Assembly (NCBI RefSeq): GCF_016432865.1
Contig: NC_067402.1
Location: 100,688,001 to 100,752,000, forward strand
Origin: Antechinus flavipes
Lineage: Eukaryota
DNA length: 64,000 nt
Direction: 5' to 3'
Shown: in pieces, positions 50,405 to 64,000 of the stretch
Layout of the letters: each line of letters opens with the position of its first letter
How positions within the stretch are numbered: position 1 is the stretch's first letter
Made by a program: the position numbers and the translations under genes
The notes under the pieces: generated by a model
What the model saw: the letters and a program-made list of their open reading frames with translations, nothing else
Told to the model about the DNA's origin: nothing
The model's database searches: none

Positions 50405-51924
50405 ATAGGGAAGAATCACCAGAATTCATGTTCCAGGAAGAACTGGACAAGGTACAGAACATACCTGGTATAATGGAACTAGCTCGGTGGTTTACTATCT
50501 ATGTGACTTTAGAGAAATCATTTAATCTCTCTGTTTCTCAGTTTCCTTATTTCCGAAGCTTTTAACTCTTTTAGCTCTAAATTTATCATTGTAAAGCTTA
50601 GAGGGAAGACTGGAGAAGATCTAATAAAAGGTCTTTCATCTCTCAATTTATTTTCCCTCTGCCTGCCTAGTAGCCAACATTTTAACACTTCTCCTTACTT
50701 TTTTTAACTAAATGTCCCTTCTTCCCAATTTTTGCCTTAACTGTAAAGAAGGCAAGAGTGAATAAAAGAGAAGCAACAATAACTGGGAGCTCTGGGCAAC
50801 CGTTGTTATAGTGCTAACTTTTTCACCTCATGTTAATGCCCTGAAACAGCAGAAGAGACCACATGGATTATAGAGAGGTTTTTGGCAATGTATGAAAGAT
50901 TAAAACTGCATCAAGATTTTGGGAGCAGACTGTTTAACTTGTATATCAAAAATTGAATTAATTTTTGTAATAAATATACAGAGAAAAAGGAATGAGAGGG
51001 CAGTGATCAGAAAAAAAAAAAAAAAAAGATCATATCCCAAACTACCCTGCCAAACAAGAGAGAGCAAAAAGGATCTGCCCGGGTTAGCCAGAAATATCCA
51101 CAGTGACACCCACTGGTACCAATCCCCTCTCTGTCTTAAAGATTGTTTTACCACTGAACTATAGAACTTTAGATTGTCACTTCCTGGAGAGCTCCAGGGA
51201 AAGAAGGAACTCGTTGGCAAAAGAATTCATTGTTCTCTTTAGTGAGGATGGAAGGTGCTTCCAGTGCTCAAGGATGTATTTCTTGCATTTGCATTCCTCT
51301 GGAAACCTTCCCTGTGTCATTCCCCAGGTGAGTAAATAGGAAAATCACCACTTCCTGGCATTTCCAAATATCCAGATCTCAGATACCCATACCAGGTGCA
51401 TTTTCTCATTATTTAGACTCCTGACCTTAGGTCCCCTTTTCTGTTCCTTCCTATGCCTCTGGATAACATTCATTCAGATGTCAACTCAAGGTTCTTATGA
51501 GATCAGAGCATTTTAGGTCTAAATTTGGAAATGATCATAGAGGCCATCAAGTCCAATCTTCTTTAGCAATGAAGAAGTAAAGAGGAGTAAAGGGATTTGC
51601 CCAAAGTCCCATATTAAAGACAATTCCAAGATCAGCAATCTAAATTAAGTATTCTTTTCACTATCAAACTTTGAATCAAGTGCTAACATAGAAATAGAGC
51701 AAAATCAAAAACTCTGATTTGGAAGATCCCAAAATACAGCATGTCCCAAAAGTCTTAGGGCACTTTTCAGTTCTTTAAGCTTTCCTTTCAGCTGATCAAG
51801 CTTCAATAGCTTAAGATTGTATTAAGACTTTGGGAATACTCTGCATAAATATGGAGTGATAGGAAGTAAATTGCCTGAAGTAAATAAGGAAGAATGACTA
51901 ATTTGGGCACAATTTGATGGTGGT

Positions 51925-52330
51925 GGTACTTGTGGTGGTCCAGGATAAGTGATTTCACAGGATGATGTCTTGACTTGAACATAAATTGGATTTAAGTGAA
52001 GCTACATTGCAGAACGTTATCAGCTTCACTGTCTCTTCCCAGAATCATCCAAGTCCTGTGGCAGGATAAAAATCAAGATGACCTATGATGGCTTGGTATG
52101 CAATGAATAACTTTGGTGTCTTTAATGTCTGACCAAACTCTATGTGCCCCATAATGTCTGTGTCAGCTTCCTTCGTGGATCATTGAAACAAACTATTCTC
52201 ATCCTCCCATCCCATTGGGGGAAGTAAGTATTCACATGTTTGGGATAAACCTTCCCCTAACTCACTGACCAGTATGAAGCTTATCAGTTATCTTCAACAA
52301 TGCTCATCAGTGCTAGAGACATGAAGCAAA
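51925..52330 (-). mobile_element. RTE-related SINE fragment
   Basis: Colinear with 40200-40560. Confidence 0.55.
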
Positions 52331-54280
52331 GGGGTCTTCACACTTTGGCAGATTAGTCATGGACTATAATATAGAAACCATTGGTCTCATGAGAAGCACA
52401 CAGGACCTAGAATGAAGTAGGTATTAGGGGTATCAACATCACAATTTTATAGATGAGGACACAGTGTCTCAGAATGCTTCGTGGATGTTGTCCATGATCA
52501 CATAGCTAATGAAAATCAAATATGGGATTTGAGTCCATATCTGGACTCCAGCATTCTATCCACCATCATCCCAAAAAGTGTTGGAGAATGAAAAGATACC
52601 TCAATTTGGATCTTACCTCCCAACAGTGCACGCCTCTGGGCTGGTCACTAAAATTTGCTGAGGGTCTGACCCATAACTAACAGCACTCATCTCACAGGGT
52701 TATTTTAAGGATCAAATGAGATAGTGTACAGAAAGCACTTGCAAACTCTAAAATTCTGTTTAAACATGACTAATATATTAGACATCTAGCAGTACTTGTA
52801 GTCAGAGCAATTTGGATTCAAATTCTACCTTTGATATTTACCAGTTACATGATCTGGGACAGATTATCTATTTGTGTATTCCAGGCACCTCCTTAGGACT
52901 TATTTAGTAAATCATAATTCTGAACTGGAAGAGGGAGTTGGTATTCTCATGCCTTCAGATATTTATGTAACATATATTTATGAAACATTTTTTAAGAGCA
53001 GGGGATTTCAATCCAGGAGTTACAAGTAGTAATATCAAATTTGTGTAGATTTTTCTTTGTAAAACTATCACAAAGAGTGATGGAACAGGAGAGGAAAATG
53101 ACCATTCTTTTTTCTAATAACAGAGAAGTAGGGGAAGAATTTATTCTCAAAGCTTTGAGCTATTCCCTTAATGAATAAAGAAACTTTGGCACCTTGTAGT
53201 TCAAATCTCATGCCAGTCTTCATTCATTCATTCATTCATTTATTCATTCAGAATTTATTAAGGTCCTATTACACATGCTAAATTGTGCTAAATAACTGGG
53301 AACAACATCACAAAAATTAGATAGTCTCTTCCCTCAAGGGGCTTACATTCGAAAGCAGTGTAGCCTTTGTTCCCCAGCTTCCTGATAAATGGATGTTGCC
53401 AGAGAGATTAAGGATGGCATATATACCTATAAACATCATAAACCTTTATGGGGTTTTGTAAACAAAAATGGTTTTGTAAAAACTACAAACAAAAAAAATA
53501 CTTTTACCTACAGATAATAGAGATATTGAACCTCTGGGATCTATAATACAATTTATATAATTTAATATATAATAAGATACATACTTATCACTTTATGGGT
53601 ACAGTGAGAGGACAGTATAAATATTTTACACATGGGGAAAGTGAGACCCAAAAATGCTTTGTGACTCTAAGGGGAAACTAGCCTGACTAAATCTGCTTTA
53701 AGGCTAGAGGATCCATCTGTGTCTATACAGTTCTAACCAGTTGTTAGGATCTCTTTCAAACAGCCCATCAATTTAAGAATGAAAAAAATTATACATATGT
53801 GTATGTATTTATGTACATGCAAATTATTATTACATAATGACCAGGAAGAGGAACCAAATTTATGTTTCTCACTATGCCAAGAACAGACTGTGCACAGTAC
53901 TTCAACAAAAGTTTGCAGGTGGGTGGGGTAGTAGAAGGAAAAGCACTGGGATAGAAGAAAACATATCCTAGCCCCAGATTACACAATATTAGTACCGGAA
54001 AGGACTTCAGAATTAATTCTGTTATAGAAGAGAGAACTGTGACTGAGAGAGGAGAAATGACATTTAAAGTTTCTCAGGATACAAGGGGCAAAGTTGAGCC
54101 TTCTAGCCAGATTCTCTGACTCCAATTAGTATTTCAACAATTCCTCCTACACATGTGCTGGGGCAGAAACTTTAAACTTCCATGTGACCTCCCACACCAT
54201 CTTCCATCATGGACTCATGTAGTTATGATGTAATCCCACCTGCGTCCTCTTCTTTTTTATTCCTTCTTTCTGTTTTCCAG

Positions 54281-54445
54281 GGATGTGGGCCAATAATAAA
54301 GATGATGAAAAGATTGTTAATGGTTATATCTGTGCCAAGAATTCACCTACTTACTACTAAAAATCCCTGAAAATTGGCTTTTGTTTCCTAGAAGGACTTT
54401 CATCAGTAGCAAGCTCTGGATGGAATCAGCTGCTCTCTTCTATAG
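54281..54445 (+). pseudogene. Trypsinogen pseudogene, exon 2 remnant
   Basis: Acceptor ttccag, phase 1, then MWANNKDDEK-IVNGYICAKNS..Y*KSL..GFCF.. followed by frameshifted W..SAA; matches the trypsinogen activation peptide and IVGGYTC exon. Confidence 0.75.
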
Positions 54446-57400
54446 ATTATAAGCATTGTCAAAGGCTCCTCTGAATATAAACCTAAGACACCACCTATTA
54501 GTGCACCAAATCCTAGAGCCTATAGTTTCTCCATGGGATAGGGCAGGAATCAAGGTCTGAAAAATGCATTGGATTTTTAGTGATTTTAGTTCAATAAATA
54601 TTCTCCCATAATCTTAAAAGTTGGAAGTTGCCTCCTCCTCTTACTTAAAAAAAACCTTTGTATCCAGGCCCTCGCTTCTATTTTTTAGACTTTCTCTTTC
54701 TTCTAATCATCATCAAACTTTTTTATTTTTTCTACAGTCTTTCTTCTCTTCCTTCAAAAAGACATGGGTACCACTCTGTTGAAAAAAAAAAAAAAAACTT
54801 TGTGTGTCCTTTATAAATGGTATAGTTAATGTCCCAAACATTTTGAATGGATGGTTTGCTTATTCTCTTTGTAATCCCAGTATCTGCATTCAGGTCTGTG
54901 GTATAGAAGATAAAATACTAACCTAAGAGTTTAGAATACCTTAGTAACCTGCCTCTGATATTTATTAGGTATGGAATCCTCAAAAGGGCTTTCTGTAAAA
55001 TGAGAAGGTTGAATTCAATAATTTTCTTTGTCCTTTTCCAGATTTTAATATATGCTCCTTGAGGGCAAGAACTACTTAATTTTCTTGTTTTTATCTGCTG
55101 CACCCACCTAGCATGGTGACCAGAATAAATCTGGTCCTAAATAAATGCCTTTTGAGTTATTATTTAGTTGAAATAGCAAAGAATACTAGAAAGGTTTGAT
55201 CATGAAGGAAAATCATAGGATAATAGGTTTAGGACCCTATGGGAAAATTGTTTGGAATTTTAGTAGTCATTTACTAGATTAGCTAAAACCTCTACTTTTT
55301 ATTCAACACTCTCCATTAGTCTTCTATTGACTCAATAATGCCTTTTGTACTAAAGCATGGTACTTCAGATGTCTGTCCCCATCTTTACAAACTTACTTTC
55401 TTATTGGCTCAAGCCAAATCAACATCGTACATCCTGACTCAAAAGAATCAGTCCCATTTCTCTTGCAAACATTTTGGAACAAAATAACATAAGAGTTTAA
55501 ACATTTAGTAAGCATTTAACGGATGCTTGTTCACTATCTCCCACAACTCCCTATTCATTCAGTATACTGAAGTCAAATTGAACAGAGTTCAATTTCTTTT
55601 CTATTTCAATTTCAAGTTCTGAACCTGTTTGACATTTTACTCAATCCTTTCCTCACACCATCTCATCACTTCCTTCCTAATGCTCTTCCCTCAGATCTCA
55701 TTGCAAGATCATGTATACAGATCTGGAAAGGACTTCAAAGGACATCTAATCCAAACTTCTCATTTTGCAAGTGAGAAAAATGAGACCTACATCAGTGGTT
55801 TACTTCATCCATTACTGAATTTGGAATCAAGAACCTTCACTCAATTCCAGGTTTCACTACTTTCTTTTTTACCTCGAAGGGAGAGGGTGAATGCATGTAA
55901 CTACTATGGGGATCTCAATGAAATAAGGGGTTGAATCAGATTATTCCTAATGTCCCATAAAGCACCAAATTCTATACCCCACTACATTTATAGCATCTAT
56001 TCCATGAAACTTTCCCTAAACCCCTTGACTTAATGTGGTCCTTCTCTTCTTTACTGATAGCACTATTTATACTTTATAGAATCCTAGCTCTCCTGGAGGA
56101 AGAAAATTAAACAAGTATGGAGCAAATTAATCTGTTTTCCCCAATCAGAATCGAAATTATTTATTTATTTACAGTAAAATTAATGATTAATAATTAATTT
56201 AAATGAATAATAAATAATTAATTGATTTGATTACTTGTTGTGTTTGTTTTATTCATATCAAAAAACATTTATTAAGAATTTGCTAAATGCAAGGCACTCT
56301 GCTAGGAATTAGAGATACGGAGACAAAGTAAATATAGTCCCTATCCTCCCTCAAGGGTCTTGTTTGTTATATTCTAGCTCCTTGAAGGCAGCAACTTTTC
56401 TTAACTCTTTCTGTAGCCAGCGTGAGCTGAGAGGACTAATACTGAATTTGTGCAGCTCCTTCCTCTCCCTGGCATTAGAAATGAAGTGGAAGGGGAGGAA
56501 AATAAGCATTTATATAGCACCTATTATGTGCCAAGCACTTTACAAATATTATCTTATTTGATTCTCACAACAATCCCACAAGGAAGGCACTATTATTTCC
56601 CCCCAATTTACAATGGAGAAAAATGAATCAGGAGAACATCATAGGAGGAGGGAAGAGAGAAAAGAAAGCTGGGGGCTTCTCAGTAATAGGAGGAAGATTA
56701 TGGCAATTTTTGGTTAAAATGGCCATGAAGAATATGGAGACTGCTGGGATAACTACTTGGAAAAAGCTGAGAAAAGTTCTGGCCAAGCAACATTCTGAGA
56801 AATTGTGACATGGAAAGAGAGTATGCAGGTGTGATGGCAGGCGAGCAGATGCTGGGACAGAGGATTGAAGACTCCAAAGGGAAGCAGGCAAATGTGGGGG
56901 AAAAGTGCTATCCATTCAGTAGACCTTAATTCTACTCCTGTTGTTATTAGGACATCATTAAGTATTGACTAGGATTTTTGCAGGGACTGAGATTTAGTTG
57001 AGGGAGGGAAGGAGGGAAACCACTATAAGCCAACAAGACAGCAAATATATATTAAGCATATACTATGTGCCAGGAAGTGGGCTACATTCTAAGAGTATAA
57101 AGAAATACAAAAAATAGCCTCTGCCATCGAGAAACTTACTTTCTAATGAGGGAGATGACATTCAAGTAATGATTTACAAGCAAGATGTAGATGGATATAC
57201 ATGCATGTATATTACATATACACAAATACATATACATATGCATATTTTATACATGTACACTATATATATAAATTGATAAATTGGAAGTAATCTCAGAGAA
57301 AGGGAATTAGTATTAGGGGAGACAGGGAAAGGCTTCTTGCCAAAGGTAGAATTGTATCTGAGACTAGAAGGAAATCAAGAAGGTAGAAACAAGGAGGGAG

Positions 57401-60008
57401 TGCTATTGCTTTACTGAAGGGAGTCAAGATGATTCCCTCCTCTACTTTTTAATATCTTTAATAAATTTGTCCTATGGTTAATATCTTTGTATCAAAGCTT
57501 TAAGAGGGTTAGGGGCCTTAAGAAACAGAGACCAATTTTGTTGTCCCCAGAAGATACTTCTGGATAGAAGCCTGTTCCGCACATATTATTGAAAAAGGCT
57601 TATATTATATCTTGCTCCTCTGTGTTTGAGATTTAGGGACTGACAAAGATTACATCTCTATCCCTCAGTTTATGTAGCATATGCATCGAAGTGTTGAATT
57701 TTTTTGTTATTGAATTTAAATAACTCCTTTATCTCTAGGACTTGGGCAAGAAATCTAACTAGGTGGAAAATTCTTAATTGGATATTACAAAAGAAGTATT
57801 TCTACAAGCTTCAGGGAAAAAATAAAATCCTGAATAAGGGAGCCAAGATTCTGGTTTGTTGTAAATCTCCAAAGTAACCACCTAATGTTATTGTCTTCAG
57901 AGCTAAAATACCCATAAAACACTTTTAACAGATAAACAAATGTTATTTCCTCAATTGAAGCTCCTAACAAGACAGGCATGTATATTCAGCCCAATCTTAA
58001 CCAAAGAAAGGAAGGGAGAAGAATGTGTGGAGAGTCCTTGAGATAAAACTGTAAGATCTAACAGAGACAGGCTAGATGAGAAGGTAAGAGCCTGAACAGA
58101 TCTGGAGCATCACCTGTCCAAAATCTACCTAAGTTTAGAATGTGAACCTGCTTGATTTATCTTCAGATCAATTCAGAGTGCCAGTATTTTTCTTTTCTTG
58201 GGTGATTTTGTAAAAGAAAAACAACTTAGTGAGAACAAGAACAAAGTCTATACCTAGAACCCTCATCTTTCTCTTTCTACCTCTATGATACCAGGCAAGT
58301 CATATATAATACCTCTTTCTATGCTTCAGGTTCCTCACTTTCAAAAGTAATGATATTAATATTCCTGCCAGCATTACCACCACCTAACACAATTGGTGTA
58401 AGGATCGAGGGAGATAAGACATTTGAATCATAACTTCTGCCTGTCTCATTTTCTCATCTATAAAACAGGACGTGTAAAAACAAAAGCATTGATAACTTAA
58501 AACCATTAAGATTATGATGGAGGAGAAGAATTAAGCTTCTACTGCTTGACCCCAGACATCAGAGCTGGAGCAAAGTGTGGAAGGTAAAAAGAAGTCAACT
58601 TTGACTTGATATCTACAAACAAAATAAAAAACACATTTTTGAGAGCTGCCTCAAAGTGGAAGTTAAAGTCACTCCCATTTGGTGTTGCCTTGAGAATTAA
58701 AGAATCTCTACTTATGCATGCAAATTTGCATTTATATACATGAGTATGTATTTATATGTACTACAGTTTAAAACTGCACTGACTTTTAGACTATATATGT
58801 ATGCATGTATAGGTATATACATGTATTCAGGTGTGCGTGTGTATGTGCACATACATGTTTGCATTGTTACGTGCCTGTGTCATGCATGTGTGTGCATGCC
58901 CTAAATTATATACTCAGACATATACAAGCACAAATAAAGTGCCTTCTTCTTCCTCTTCATCCCAAGGATATCATCAGATCACATGGGCTATCCAGCAGTT
59001 ATCCTTATCATTACTCTTGCTCCATGACCAATGCAACGTCTTTTTCAATCATACTTGTTTGATGATATACTTTATTCTGGTTCTTTTTCTATATGTTACA
59101 TGGTGTGACCCACTTGTGCCCATTATGCAGTTTTCCCTTTCCTCCTGAGTGATTATCCTTTTTAAATAATTTAGGACCATAATATACCAAGCTTTGAAGG
59201 CAAACTTATGAGAGAACATGTCCAGGATGGGCAGATATGAACAAGGTTTCAGGAGAAACATCTCAGACAGACTGTGGAACTTGATTCTCTTTCCCACACC
59301 TACACCCTCCTCCCCCACCAAAAAAAATAGTAAAATCCTTTTGAAGATTTCATTAGTCCAGGGGACTAGGGATTCAATCATTCCAATAAGCTTCCAAGTC
59401 ACCTATAGAAAGGCCTATAATAGACTTAGAGACTCAGATGTGATAGTCTACTTAACAGATTGTACCAGTGCAGCAAGCACCTAAATCAGTGCTATACCCT
59501 TGTCTTTTCTGAGCATGTTTTAAGTAAACCTCACTTTTGTTACTTTTGTTAAATGTTAGATGTCTATAAGTATTTCTTTTCATTCCAATCTAGAACCTGA
59601 GTCACTGGACCATCCTGAGTCAAGTCAATCAACATACAACAGCTTGAGGTTTGTGTCATTGGAGAAAAAAAGTCATATCAATTAGAGATCACTGATTGAA
59701 TTGAGTATGTAAATATTTATGGAATGCATATAACTGTGGTAAATATATATGCACATATGTTTTCAATGCTCCCTAGCCAGTCTGGCTAGCAAAATCATTC
59801 TTGAGGTGAAAAGCTGTTTCAACAGTGTATGTGTGTATATATATATACACTCACAGACATACACAATCATCATTATATGTGGATAGATTTACAAATAATT
59901 ATATTATATATTACATATAAACATATTTGTGTATGGTATATATTGTGGCACCATACATATACAAATACATAGTATATATATACACACATGTTTAGGTTTA
60001 TATAATAT

Positions 60009-60014
<6 letters not shown>

Positions 60015-60074
<60 letters not shown>
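60015..60074. repeat. (TA)n microsatellite
   Basis: Direct sequence; explains the IYIYIY ORF. Confidence 0.95.
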
Positions 60075-60075
<1 letters not shown>

Positions 60076-60584
60076 CATACACAGATGCATGTGTCTAAAT
60101 GCACTATATAATGTGGTACCACAGTATTTATAACCTCACATAATAAGATAAATATTTCCTCAAGCTTCCAGTAATTTGCATGGAGGAAATACAGAACAAC
60201 ATTCCCTTTCTACTTTTTTCATTATAGTTATGGCCCTAACAGTTAGGATGATTTGAAAAATACTGTTGAGTTTCCTCAGAAAAATTCTTTGGAATGCTAG
60301 AAAATAATTAGGTAATTAATTTATCATCTCCTAAGAAGTTCCCTTGGGAAGAAGGTACACCTATAATTCTTATTCTAAACCTGACATTGTGAACACCTTG
60401 AGAGCAGGAACTGTGCATTGTCTTTCTTTGCATCCCTGGAACTTAACCAATGTCTGGCATAAAGTGAATATTTAATAAATACTTGTCAATTTGACTTGAT
60501 TTAACTAATGTGGGGGGGAGAGGAATTCTCTCTCTGTCTCTCTCCTGTCTCTCTCTGTATGCTATAAACACACCTCCACATATT

Positions 60585-60725
60585 TTTTTTGGCAAGGCAC
60601 AATTGGGGTTAAGTGACTTGCCCAAGGTCATACAGCAAATAAGTATTAAGTGTCTGAGACCAGATTTGAATTCAGGTCCTTCTGACTCCAGGGCTGGTGC
60701 TCTATCCTGTGCCATCTAGCTGTCC
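60585..60725 (-). mobile_element. CORE-SINE
   Basis: Reverse complement of the 22837 type; similar copies at ~46400-46540, ~62220-62362 and ~63905-64000. Confidence 0.8.
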
Positions 60726-62154
60726 CTCACCTCCACTTTTAATTACCTGCCCTCCCCATTAGTGGAACCATCCGTGCTGATGACTTCTATTCCTTTTCAT
60801 TTAGAACAAGGAAATTTGCTGGCCAATCAGACATGGGAAACCAATCAGCTGTGCCTTAGTGAGACCCGACCTGTCTCTATAAAACCCCTGGTTGTTACAT
60901 GCTTCGGTATTGCTTTAGTTATCCTTGTACGTAAGACTGCCCAACATGACATAAATTTATTGCTCTAGTCTGGAGTTCACTACCCAACATGGCAAGATAG
61001 AACCTTACAGAAGTGGAAACCCCATTGTCTCCCACAGCATTTGGGAGGAGTGATCAGAAAGCATATGAAATTAGGAATCTCAAGACCAAGGAGCTACCTT
61101 TCTATGGGAAAGTTTACCATCAGTGAACTTCCTTCTACTAAGAGGCAACTGTAACTGAAATCCAGCATATCTGGTTATATCTTTCCATTGTTGTCCTGCC
61201 CCTCTATATTTTCACCATCAGAAATCTTCTTGAGTTTTAAGCCTTTCTTTATGTGCGTTAAAACACATCCACAATAAGGGCTTATTTCTCTCAACATTCC
61301 CTAGTCCTTCTGCCCTGAAAAATCATTCCTAAGGGCAGTCTGAGGCATGGGTCACTAGGGTTTTTTTGAAGGTGACAGTATTCCCACTTAGTAGGCATTT
61401 TTACTATTTAAGGGGAAGTGATGATGTAGTGAAATAGCTTGATTGAAATAAAAGTCTCTAGTCCGGATCTGGCTCAGTTTAGCTCTAAAGAGCATAGAAT
61501 TATATCTCTTGCCAGAGAGGGAAGTTCTGGAGCAATATCCATCTTTAGAAGGTAGAGAGTATGCCCAATAATAGAAAAAGATTTTGGGGGGAAATCTGGA
61601 AGTTCTATACCTTTAGAATGCAGAACTACAAGAAGAACCACAATTCTGGGGAATGCTGGAAACTATACAGAAAATCAAGAGGAGCCAGGGCAGGAAGAAA
61701 CATGTGACACTCCTGAAATCCCCTGAAGAACAAGAAGGGTTATGTTCCTTCTTCATGAAGTCCTTCTTCATCCTTATCATTACTGAATGAGGCACTACTA
61801 AAACTTTGGGATATTCCCATTCACTTAGAAGGTATCTCCATTTTCCAAGAGCTTTGTTTGAATTCTAAAATTTTTCTTCAATTTTTAACAGAATATTTCT
61901 TGCAGCATGTCTATAGGGAAGCAGAAGGAGGGGGAGGGAAGAGCTTGTATCAGAATATTTGTGGAAGAATCTGATTGTGATTTCCCCAGATTTTGTGAAT
62001 GGAAAGTATAAGATAGAAAGATAAGAAATTTGCTAAAGTGAACTCTATGGCTTTCATTCTTTAAGAGCTTTGAAATATATAGGTGTGTTACATATGCAAT
62101 TATGTTTGTGTATACATGAATTTATATATGTATATATGTGTGTATATATTATGG

Positions 62155-62190
<36 letters not shown>

Positions 62191-63404
62191 TTGGTTGGTT
62201 GTTGCCTTTATTTTTTTTTAATTTTTGCTGAGGCAGTTAGGATTAAATGACTTGCCCAGGTTCACCCAGCTAAGAAGTATTAAGTGTCTGAGGTCACATT
62301 TGAACTCAGATCCTCCTGACTTCAGGGCTGGTGCTCTATCCACTGCGCCACCCAGCTGCCCCTTTGCCTGCATTCTTAAAGAACATCAAAATGACATCAC
62401 TATGTTGGGGGTCAAGGTACAGGGTGCACAACTGTGGCTTATCAGACCAATAGGAGCTTGGAAGGCTTTACCACAGTTGGGCACAAATAGTCCACATGAA
62501 CATTGGGAATGAAGATGCCTCTAAATTTGCACATTTCATATTTTTTGAGCTACTATAATTCTGCTTTATATATGTTACACATGCACATATGTATATGTGT
62601 TCTGAAATATATATACATGTATGTACAATATGTTATATATATATATATTACGTGTACATGCACATGTTTTGGAGGTAGGATAGGACAATGAAAACAATGT
62701 TAAGTCTATAATTATAGAATCTAGATTCAAATATTGGCTCCTCCAGTTATTGTCTATCTGGTCTTGGACAAGATATTTAACATCTCTTGACCTCAATTTT
62801 TTCAGCTGCAAAATGAGGAAATGGACAAGACGTCTTTGAATATTCCTTCCCTCTCTAAAACATTGGTCCTATGATCCCACATATATGGTTATGGATAGAA
62901 AATATCAATATAACCACAATTTTCACAACAAGGAAATCCAAAATTCAGATAAATATAATTATGATTGACAGAAAAGAGCCTCTTATCACACTGGTCACAG
63001 AGGTCAGTGATCATAGGATTTCATAAAATGACAAATTATCAAGAAGTTACGCAAATAATGAATAAGTAATTATGCAAATAACTTTTGTCTAGGAAGCAGG
63101 ACACCTAGCATTCTTGCACCTGTAGCCTAATTCAAACTTTATGTGGAAGAAAATCCCTTCCAGGTAGATTCTTATTCCCATTTCCCAAAGCTCAATGAAT
63201 AATAGAAATGAGACCAGATGATTAATGCCAATACTAGTGTCCCTTCCACTGTGGCCAAAGTAAAAAACTGAATTTGGAATTATGAATGAGTTGCTGAGTC
63301 AATGTTTCCACTCCTCAGCAGTGTTTCATGCCAAGTGGAAAGGGTTAAAAGCAGTGAGTGAGAACTCAGCGTTATACAAGTGTATTTGGATCCCTAGAAT
63401 CACC

Positions 63405-63444
63405 ATGAAGACCATTGTCTTCCTTTTATTCCTAGGAGCTGCTG
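63405..63444 (+). CDS. Trypsinogen exon 1 (signal peptide); gene continues beyond the window
   Basis: caccATG MKTIVFLLFLGAA-G then gtaagt; the 40-nt coding exon with phase-1 donor is the trypsinogen exon-1 architecture, and the location beside TRBV fits known TRB-trypsinogen synteny. Confidence 0.75.
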
Positions 63445-64000
63445 GTAAGTCACTCTTGTTCCTTCGTGAATAAGTATTTATTGAACCCTATTATAGACTA
63501 GTGACTGTATGAATGCAAAGAAGTATATGGCATGGTTCTAGTTTTCAAGAAGCTTACAATTGAGGTGGGGGAACAAGATTAACATAAGGAAGCAGTAGCA
63601 AATAATAAAGCATATAAAGAAATGTTGGATTCTGTGGTATAGACTCTATGTGTCATGACTATGCAGAGAAAGGTAAACTAGGTCTAGACACATTAGAAAG
63701 GGTTTTAGAAAGCAGAAAGTACTTAAATCAGTAGTGAAGAATAGGAAATACTTAAATAGGTAGAGATTAAAGGCAGGGGAAATTCATGTCTTGTCCTTTC
63801 CATGTATTTGGAATCATTTAAAAATAACCATTATGTACTTATCAAATGTCAAACATGTAGGAATCATGTTAGGAGCTAGAGATCAAAGTTGTTTTCTTGT
63901 TTTGTTTTTTTTTCCCTGAGGCAATTGGGGTTAAGTGACTTGTCCAGGGTCACACAGCTAGGAAGTGTTAAGTGAATGAGATCAGATTTGAACTCAGGTC

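Noticed and set aside
51243-51327. Exon-like segment (ag...QC...CAG/gtgagt) resembling trypsinogen exon 4
   Set aside because: Needs several large gaps to align, is too short, and lies upstream of the exon-2 relic; unsupported without a search.
61754-61790. MKSFFILIITE* resembling trypsinogen exon 1
   Set aside because: No splice donor and an immediate stop.
63100-63400. PTF1-type pancreatic enhancer (E-box plus TC-box) upstream of trypsinogen exon 1
   Set aside because: CACCTG (63117) and TTTCCCA (63181) are about 60 bp apart, not the one- or two-turn spacing required.
1-64000. Marsupial TCR-mu or pre-joined VDJ segments; CRISPR or other prokaryotic systems
   Set aside because: All V segments are unrearranged beta-type (CASS, 23-RSS, leader intron); no D, J or C segments are seen; the DNA is mammalian.

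Overview
Eukaryotic genomic DNA from a marsupial (probably a dasyurid, inferred from the CORE-SINE, RTE-related and L1 repeat types). The window covers the distal (5') end of the T-cell receptor beta (TRB) variable-gene cluster. All TRBV segments lie on the minus strand, with a 49-nt leader exon, a short intron, a V exon ending in C-A-S-S and a 23-bp-spacer RSS. Positions 1-19.7 kb are a tandem array of about 10 units (~2-2.5 kb each) of one TRBV subfamily, nearly all pseudogenes. Three complete open TRBV genes lie at 23.5, 26.9 and 44.2 kb, with further pseudogenes or fragments at 25.2, 40.9, 42.9 and 47.4 kb. A near full-length L1 (intact ORF1, ORF2 broken by a single frameshift, no 3'UTR or poly(A)) at 33.1-39.1 kb is flanked by a 1,079-bp direct duplication. 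Trypsinogen sequences lie on the plus strand at the high-coordinate end: a decayed exon 2 at 54.3 kb and an intact exon 1 at 63.4 kb. A CTCF-like motif recurs upstream of V genes, always in the same orientation. There are two N gaps. All calls are by eye, with no database searches. Boundaries of repeats and degraded elements are approximate.
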